A program made the position numbers and the translations under genes. From an uncultured virus (IMG/VR IMGVR_UViG_3300037195_000767) (Duplodnaviria > Heunggongvirae > Uroviricota > Caudoviricetes), in IMG/VR virus record IMGVR_UViG_3300037195_000767: DNA of 64,000 bases; one strand, 5' to 3'. Shown here one piece after another: positions 31,201 to 40,200 of the stretch. A model generated the notes under the pieces. That model did not search any database, was not told the origin of the DNA, and worked only from the letters and a program-made list of their open reading frames with translations. Position 1 is the first letter of the stretch, and each line of letters opens with the position of its first letter.

Positions 31201-34200
31201 ATGGGTAAATGAAATATCTTCTAAACAAAATTTATTAAAGAAAGCTCAAGCTAGACTTATAACAGCAAGGACTAAATCTGAAAAAGCTAAAGAGGCTTCT
31301 AAAATAAAAGGATATGAAACTGAAATAAAAACATTAAAAAGATTACAAACTTTAGCAAAAGGGTCTCAACAAGGAGATGTAATAGTAGAAACAGAGGTTA
31401 CTAGTAAACTTAGAGGTACAATTATTAATAATATGGTTAATAATGAAAAAGTTTTTAGATCTATAAGTGAATCATTTGGTAAACCTATAAATTTATTTAT
31501 GAACCAAAAAGATACTGTTAAGCAATTAGAAGTAATTTATGATGCTGATGGTAACGCTTCTGTATATGATGGATTTATGGGATCTGGTATTGTTCCTCCT
31601 AAATTTGGAGCTGGTGTGGTATATACTATTATTTTAGATAATAATGGACAACCTATGGCTGTTCCTATATCTACTGGAAAAGTAGATATAAAACATGCTG
31701 AATTTTTATTTGATGCTTTTGTAGAATTAGCTAACCGTTTAAATAAAAGAGTTGGTGGTAAATATGTAAATGATTTACGTAATAAAGAGATAAAAGATCT
31801 TAAAGATATTATTAATGAAATAACATATCAAGGTAAAAAAGGAGGCATAGTTATACATAATGAGAAGATAGAAATACCTATGACTGATGGTAATGTACTT
31901 CAATTATTTTTTAGAGATAAAGGAAAAGGTAGTTTAAAAGGAGCTCCTGTATCAGGAATATTTAATATGAGAGTAGTAACTAAAGACGAATCTACTGGTA
32001 AAGTAAAACAAGTATTATCTGATTTTAATGCTTTTGGGTCTAAATCATTTTCAGATATTACTGAATTTGCTATAAAACAATTACAAGGACTTAGAAGACA
32101 AGTAAATAAAAAACGACTTGGATCTAAAGATAAATACCAGTCTCCTTTACATACAGATTTAAAATCTCCTAATTATCAGAATACAGGAGAAGAGTTTGAT
32201 AGTTATTATGATTATCTTACTACTGAAAAAGATAAACAAGGTTTACCTGTATTACGTTCTGATATAGGAGCTATTAGAAATGAAAGTGGTGATATAATAA
32301 CTCATTTTACAAATCCTAGAATTAGAGTAGGTAATATTGTTGGCGAATCTGTAGCTCCAAAAACTAAAAAAGCACCTGTAACTCCTGAAGCTGATAGGAT
32401 AGCAGCCTTAGATAAAACTTTAGTAGGTAAAGACAGAGAGTTTGTAGATCTAATGAGAGAAAAGGGTAAGGATCAGAAGATGATTGATCAAAAAATAAAA
32501 TCTTCAGCTAGAAATACTTCAGCAGGAAATAAATTACTAACAAGATATAAAGCTGAAGATACATTACGAAACCCAGAAGGAAAAACATTACCTGAATTAG
32601 TTTCTGCATATAGTTTATTATTTACAGATAATTATATACCAGCAAGAACAATTAACGATCTTTTATTTGATGACCCTGATTTAAGAACTAGGAACTTAGG
32701 TAATACAACTTCTCGTTATCCAGCTCAACAAGCTATTCTTAACTATGAAGCATGGGCTAAACAAGAAGCACCAGCAGCTCCAGTTGAACAAGATATAAGT
32801 AATGATCAACCACCTGAAGTATCTGCTAAAGATATAATAGAAGGATTAAAACAAGGTTTAGGTAAACAATTTATTACTCCAGATGATGTTAGAAATTTTG
32901 ATTTATCTGATGATGCTTTTGATAAATTATCTAAAAATGATTTTAATGATATAGATGATTTTCTAGATAGATCGGTTACACAAAATGATGTAACTCAAGG
33001 GTATACACAAGAAGATATAGATGCAGCTGAAGCTTGGTGGAAAAAGAATTTACCTAATGTTCCTTTTCAGGTAGTTGAAGGTTTAATTACAGGAGGTGGA
33101 CGTACTGCTTTTGGTAGATTCCATAATTCTATGGTATCTTTATCTAATATAGCTAAAGAAGGTACAGCTTATCATGAAGGATTTCATGCTGTATTTAATT
33201 TATATTTAAATCCTGTACAGAAACAAAAAATACTAGCAGAAGCTGTAGAAAGATATGGTGAACCAACTAATGAGGAGATTGATAAGATTATTAGACAATA
33301 TACTACGTATGGATTAGCAGATGTAACTTTCGATGACAAGGGTAGAGCTGAGCCTACCTATGAACCAGAATTAGAATTAACAGATTTAACTTTTGATGAT
33401 CAGGGCAGGCCTGAACCTACTTATGGTATGAGTAGAGAAAGAGCTAGAGAAATAGCTCTTGAAGAAAAGATGGCTGATGACTTCATGAATTATGTAATGA
33501 CTGGAGTAGAAGATAAAACTTGGAGAGGTAGAATTAGATCATTCTTTAGAAACATGTATAAATACATGAAGAATTTATTAGGTATAGGATCTAATATAGA
33601 TAAGTTATTTTATGATATAAATAATGCAAAGTTTACTTATAAAGCTGATCAGAAAGCTATAGATCATGCTAGGAGTATAACTTTGAATAGAAATGTAGAG
33701 GGTGAGAATATACCTGATACAACTATGCCTTCAGAAGGATTTACAGATTCTGAAGAGATGGTATTACTTAATAAATTACCAGGATTATATTATATAGTAG
33801 GCCAAAAACTTAATAATAAATCTATAGCTGAGGCAAATAAAACAGGTCAATCTCCTGATCCTATTAGTGATGATGCTATAAAAGCTGGTATTATGTCTGT
33901 TTTAGTAAGAAGATTTAATTCTCCTAAAACTGATTCTGTACATAAGACAAATATAACAAGAGTTATACAAGCTTTAAATAATGATGACTCTGATATATGG
34001 AGTAAAACTAAACAAATAATAGCTAAAGATTTTCAAACTGGTACAACTTTAGATCCTGAATTAGATAATATAGAATTTGATGATATATCTGAGATTAAAA
34101 GAAATTGGGATGATGGGTCTACATTTAATATAAATCAAAAAACAAGAGCTACTGGAGAAGTTAGATCTATTGTGAGAATGTCTCAAGATATTCAAGATAT

Positions 34201-37200
34201 TATAATAGATCCTGATGGAGGTATAGAATACGTTACAAATAAAGATGATTTCTTAGGATTTCCTAATTTCTTAAACTTTGATTCTGTATATCCTTATTTA
34301 TCTAACCATTTAGCAGGTATACAAAATGCTCAAGAGTTACTTGATAGATTAGAAACGTTATCTAAATTTGATTTAAGTTTTATGAAAATATGGGAACAAA
34401 TAAATCCTAAACATTTAAATCCTAGACAACAACAATTAAGTACTACAGAAAAACAAGTATTACAAGAAAAGAAAAGTTTATTATTAGCTAAATTTTTTGT
34501 AACATTTGCTAAACAATCTGCTACTTTTGATGTAGACTTAGTTAGTATACGTGGACAATCTGTAATTCATAGACCTAGTAGATCTAATAATAATGATACT
34601 AAGGTTATATTAGCTAATAAATGGATTTCTGCTATAGTAGATAAACATGCTAATAAAGAGATAGATATAGCTGATGTAATCAATGGTTTAAAACCTATTT
34701 CTTTAGGTATACTTAATGCTAATAATTTAGATAATATAGGAAAAAGAAAATTAGCTGTATCTATATCAAATTTATATTCTAAATTAGGTATAAATCTTAT
34801 GGAGAAAGGTGTTAATAAAATGGCTGATGCTATATATGATACTATAAAAGATATGGGTAATCCTATTTATATGATTAAATATGGTAGTATATCAGGTATA
34901 GTAAATAATGTATTTGTTAAACCTTTATCTTGGGTAGTAGATAATTTAGCTGATAATAATGTTTCTTTTGATCAGACTGGGTCTTTAAGAGAATTAGCTA
35001 ATGCTATAAAATTCTTTAAATATGATCTTATACAAAATACAAGTGTAAATGTTGTAGGTAAAAAACAATATACAATAACTGATTCTAATTTTATGTCAGA
35101 TTTCTTTGCTAAATATAATTCTGAAGATGAGTTACAAAGATTAGAATTAATAGATTTTATAGGAGAATTATTAGATGTACCTGGAATGAAAGATTCTAAT
35201 TGGTTACAACAAATGATTAGGTATACTGAAGATGGTAAAGCTCCTTTAAGAAATGAGAATGGCGATATTATACTTAATGATGAGTTCTTTTCTTCATTTA
35301 ATTATTCTTATGAAGATGGTATTAAAAATACAGATAGTAATGTTGGTATTAAATATCATAATATGGAAGATTCGGATTGGTATTTTATGACTTTAGCTAA
35401 ATTTCTTAATGGTGGTAAAAAAGGGTGGTCTAAATATTCACAACCTATTCCTGCTGATAGTAGTAATATTATATTTATAACAGCTCCTACTTATAAAAGT
35501 TCATTTTTATTTAATAAAAATGATAAAGGTGAAGTAACTAATACTAATACTTTAAATGTAAATTCTCCTTTAGGTTTATCTTTATTTAATTTAGTAGCTC
35601 AAGAAGTTAAATCTATACATCAAGCTCAAAGATATTTATTTGAAACTGATGATTTTGGTAATGTTAAATTAGAAGATGGTATGCCTATTATAAAAGAAGG
35701 TTTAGATATGAGAACATTACAAAAAGATTATCATTATAAACAGGGACCTAATGGAGAAAAAATATTATTTGATAAACAAGGTTATCCTGTAGGTGAGGTA
35801 TTTAGATTTAATTCTTTTCCAGAATTAATTAATCTTAATGTATTACAATCACATAAAAGTCCTGATGGTAAAGGATTTATAAAAAGTCAATCTTTAGGTG
35901 ATAAAGCTATACAAAGTATACAAATTTCAATACAGCAAAATTTAGAGACTGAGATGATTAATTTATCTGGAAATCCTATGTTTATGAACCAAATAGATAA
36001 ATTATGGGCTTTAGCTAAAACTAGATATATAACAAAAGAACATTTTATTATGAGTTTCTTGGGTAACCAAAAGGTAGCTATAACAGAATCTCAGAATTGG
36101 TTTAGTGGTAATATATCTGAATATTCAAGTAAACAAGATAGTAGTAAAAGAGCTAAACAAACTAATTCACCAGGTAATAAACAAGCTGGTATCTTTACTA
36201 ATCCTATGTTTGGTTTAGTAGTTATTAAAGATCTTGTATTATCTTCACCAGATATAACACAGATTGCTAATACTTTAAAAGAATCTTTTCTAAAAAGAAA
36301 AAATTATACTAAGGTAGAATCTAAATTTGATATAGATAATATAATTAATGGTACTCCTAGGAGTAGTTTAGAAAAAGATGTTCATAAAGTAGCTAGACAT
36401 TATATGGCTATTAATACTGGTGATGCTCAAGGTTATGTAACTTGGGATAGATACAAGAGACAGCTTAAAGATAATGGAGCTTGGAATGATAGAGTAGCGT
36501 TTATAGCTAATAAAATAGATAACGATCAACGTATATCTCCAGATGAATTAAATGCTATAATGCAGCCTTTTAAAGGTTTTTATTATAACCGTAAGATAGA
36601 TAATAGTTTAGGTAAATTGAGATCTAGACAAATAAAATATTCTACTATACCTCTTATATCTCAATTAGTAAAGGGAACAGATCTTGAAATATTAGCTGAT
36701 AAAATGAATGTATTAGGTATGGATGAGGTTGTATTTGAATCTGCTTCTAAAGTGGGTACTTTAAGTGTACATAAAATACATGATGAAAATGGTCGTATAA
36801 TACCTGATATATTTGACCAATTAGTTGAAGATGATAGACTATCTATAGAATTACTAGATAATGATCATTGGTATAAACAACAAGATGTACCTACTAAATT
36901 AGATTCAGTTACCCAAAAATTAGGTACTCAGATTAAAGATATAGTACTTACTAATTTATCTAATAATCCTATATATAAGGTAGCTTTTAGTAATGCTGAT
37001 ATGGATGGTAAACAATTACTTAAAAAGTATGCTGAATTAACTTCTGCTAATATAATAGAATCTTCTAATGAATTATTAGAAGAACTTGGAGCTAAAGTAG
37101 ATAAAGATGGAAATATAGTATTTGAAAATAATAAACAACTAAGAAAAATATTATTAAGAGAACTTGTTAAACGTGGAGCTACTGATAATTATATAAAAGC

Positions 37201-40200
37201 TGTTTTACCTAAACCTGGTACAGATCAGTTTACCTTACCTTTAGCTTTTTCTGGTATGAATAATAGATTTGAATCTTTATTATTATCTTTATTTACTACT
37301 AATGTAACTGAACAGAAATTTCCAGGATTCTCTTCTGTACAATTTTCAGGAGCTTTCTTTAGAACAAATAAAAAAGTAAGTCAGTTAACACAAGAGTATC
37401 AAGAAGATAAAATGCAAGGAGTTGAATGGGTTAAAGGCCATGATACTAGCCGAAGATTAAGATCTACTAGAGATTCTGAATCAGGTATTATCACTGCTGA
37501 GGTAGTTGTTTCTAGGCCTAATGCATATCATTTTGAAGATGGTAAACCTATTCCTATAAATGAAATGGATCCTCAGTTATTAGAAATGTTAGGATATCGT
37601 ATACCTACGGAAGCTAAACATTCTATGGTTGTGTTTAAAATAGTAGGATTTACACCTAGAGCTACTGGAGATATAATTATATTACCTGATGATATTATAG
37701 CACAAACTGGATCTGACTTTGATATTGATAAGATGCAAGTTATGATGTATAGTGCTAATTATAAAGGAGAAAAAATAAAGTATGATAATTCTAAACCAGC
37801 TTCTAAAAATAATAGAAAACAAAGAAATAATGCTATCTTAGATATATTTACTAGTATATTAAAAAATAAGCATCATTTGGCAGAGACGTTAGAAACTGGT
37901 AACTTTGACGATCTTAAAGATATAAGAAAAGAAATGGATGAAATAGATGGTATTACTGAGGCTTCTTTAGATATATCTTCTTTTTCAGGTCAAGATGAGA
38001 TACGTAAAAGAAATATGTCTGGTAGAGTCTTAAAAGGTATATCTGCTAGTATTAATAAATTTGGTGCTATTGCTCAGAATACAAAAATGTCGTTAATGAA
38101 TGGTATCAAATTTAAATATAAACTTATTGAAGTAGATTCTTCTACAGGTACAATTATAAAAAGAGATATAAAACAGCTTATAAAAAGATATGGGGCTGCA
38201 AATGTAGAAAGAGATGGAGATTTTGTTATTATTAATCATAGGACTTTAGGATGGACAGAAGATGGTTCTAATCTTAATGTTAATGGGGATCTAGTTCTTA
38301 AGCATTCAGCTCAAGGTATTACTGGTGCTGTAGATATTGGTAAAGATCCTACATTTAACTCATTTAATGTTAAATCTTTTACATATCCATTAGTTGGAGC
38401 AGCTACTTTACTTGGTATACCTTGGAAAAATATAGCTTGGTTTACAAAACAAGATATTGTTAAGGCGGTTCAAGATAAATACTATGAATCTAGAGGAGCT
38501 TTTGGTGAGAATACTCCATTATTTGAAATAATTAGATCTCTTAAAGAGGAATATCTTCATGTAGATAGTGAGAAAAATAGCGCTAATCATGGTACATTAT
38601 TTGGATTATTACCAGAAGCTACAAGACGTAAATTAGCTTCTATGATGTTCAATGCTAAAAAAGGTAAAATACCATGGGTTGATTTTTATAATGCTAGAGA
38701 AAAAGCAATAGGTATTGAAGATTATAAACCTTATAGTAAAGAAGAATTAAAAGATATTTATATGGCTAGTAAAAGTCTAGACATTCTATCAGCTGCTGAT
38801 AAACGTCAATTTTATAAAGACCAACTTCAGATATTGAATAATTTTACTTATATGAGAAATATAGGTAATCAAGTTAATGAAGGGGTGAGATTAGTAAAAG
38901 TAGATACATTAGGAGCGGGTCCTAGTATGGTATCTACTAGGAATTTTGAAAGATTATTAGATAAAATGGTTGATGATGAAAATACTTTATTAGTTGAACA
39001 TGAAGATGGCCAAGAAGGTATAGCAGCTTTATCTATATATCCTTCTTATTTTGGTAAATCTGTTGAATCTGTATACCCAACACTAAATACTATGTATGAA
39101 TATTCTAATATGCGTAGTGTAAAAACTATAGGTCATCATTTCTTAGAAGAAAGTCCTAGATTTAGAGGTATTATAGATAGTATTATGACTCATTTAAAAG
39201 GTATTGGATTTATGTATAATGATAAAGTAGAATCTATAACACGTAATTATATAACTTCTTATTTATTAAAAGACGCTTCTTTATTTAGTGATATGGGAGA
39301 TCAAGATATTAGAGATATATTAGGTATAAGTCCTATTAATGATAGAGAAACTACTTCATTAGCTAGAGATATATTAGATATACAAAAAGATTATCCAGGA
39401 TTATCTCAAGCTCAAAATCATATATTAACTTTTTTAAATCCAAAAACTGGTATAGAGGAAATAGAAAAAAATGGTGGTTTAGAATTAATAGATATATTAG
39501 ATATACCTAATGATCCTATTATACAAAATCAGATAAGTAGATCTTTACTTAGAATGTATAGAGGAACATCTTTAAATGCTGATGGTACCTTATTACCTGA
39601 AGATGTGAGAGAGAGATTAAGAGATGTAGCAATTAAAATAGCTAAATATGAGTTTTTTGTTTCTGGTTATAATTTTGGATTTAATTCTTTAACAGAACTT
39701 ATACCTACTGAAATGAAAGTTGAATTAGGATTAGGAGAACATCTTGAGAAAAAAATACAAGAATTTAGTATGTTAAGAAGTGCTGATGGTGAAAATATTG
39801 GTAATCTTGTACATAAAACTATTAGATCTAACTGGAAAAGACATGTAATGGTTCCTTTAGTTAAAAGACAAGTTGAGATTAGAGAAATGAAAGGACAACC
39901 TACAAGAGTTACTAAAAAAGGTACAGGTAATTGGACTCCTGGTAGAGATGGTATTATTGTTACTTCTACTAATTTAAGTAACGAACCTATGTCAGTACAA
40001 AATAGTGAATATGTATATGTTCCAATATATGTTATAGATAAATATAAAACTGCAAAAACAGGTGAGAAAGTTTATAGATTAGCATCTGATAATTTATATA
40101 TGAAAGTAGGTACAGATAAACAATTAGGATTACAATATTATATACCTGTACCTAAATTAGGTATACCTGGAAAAATGATTGAATTTGGAGATCAATCTTT

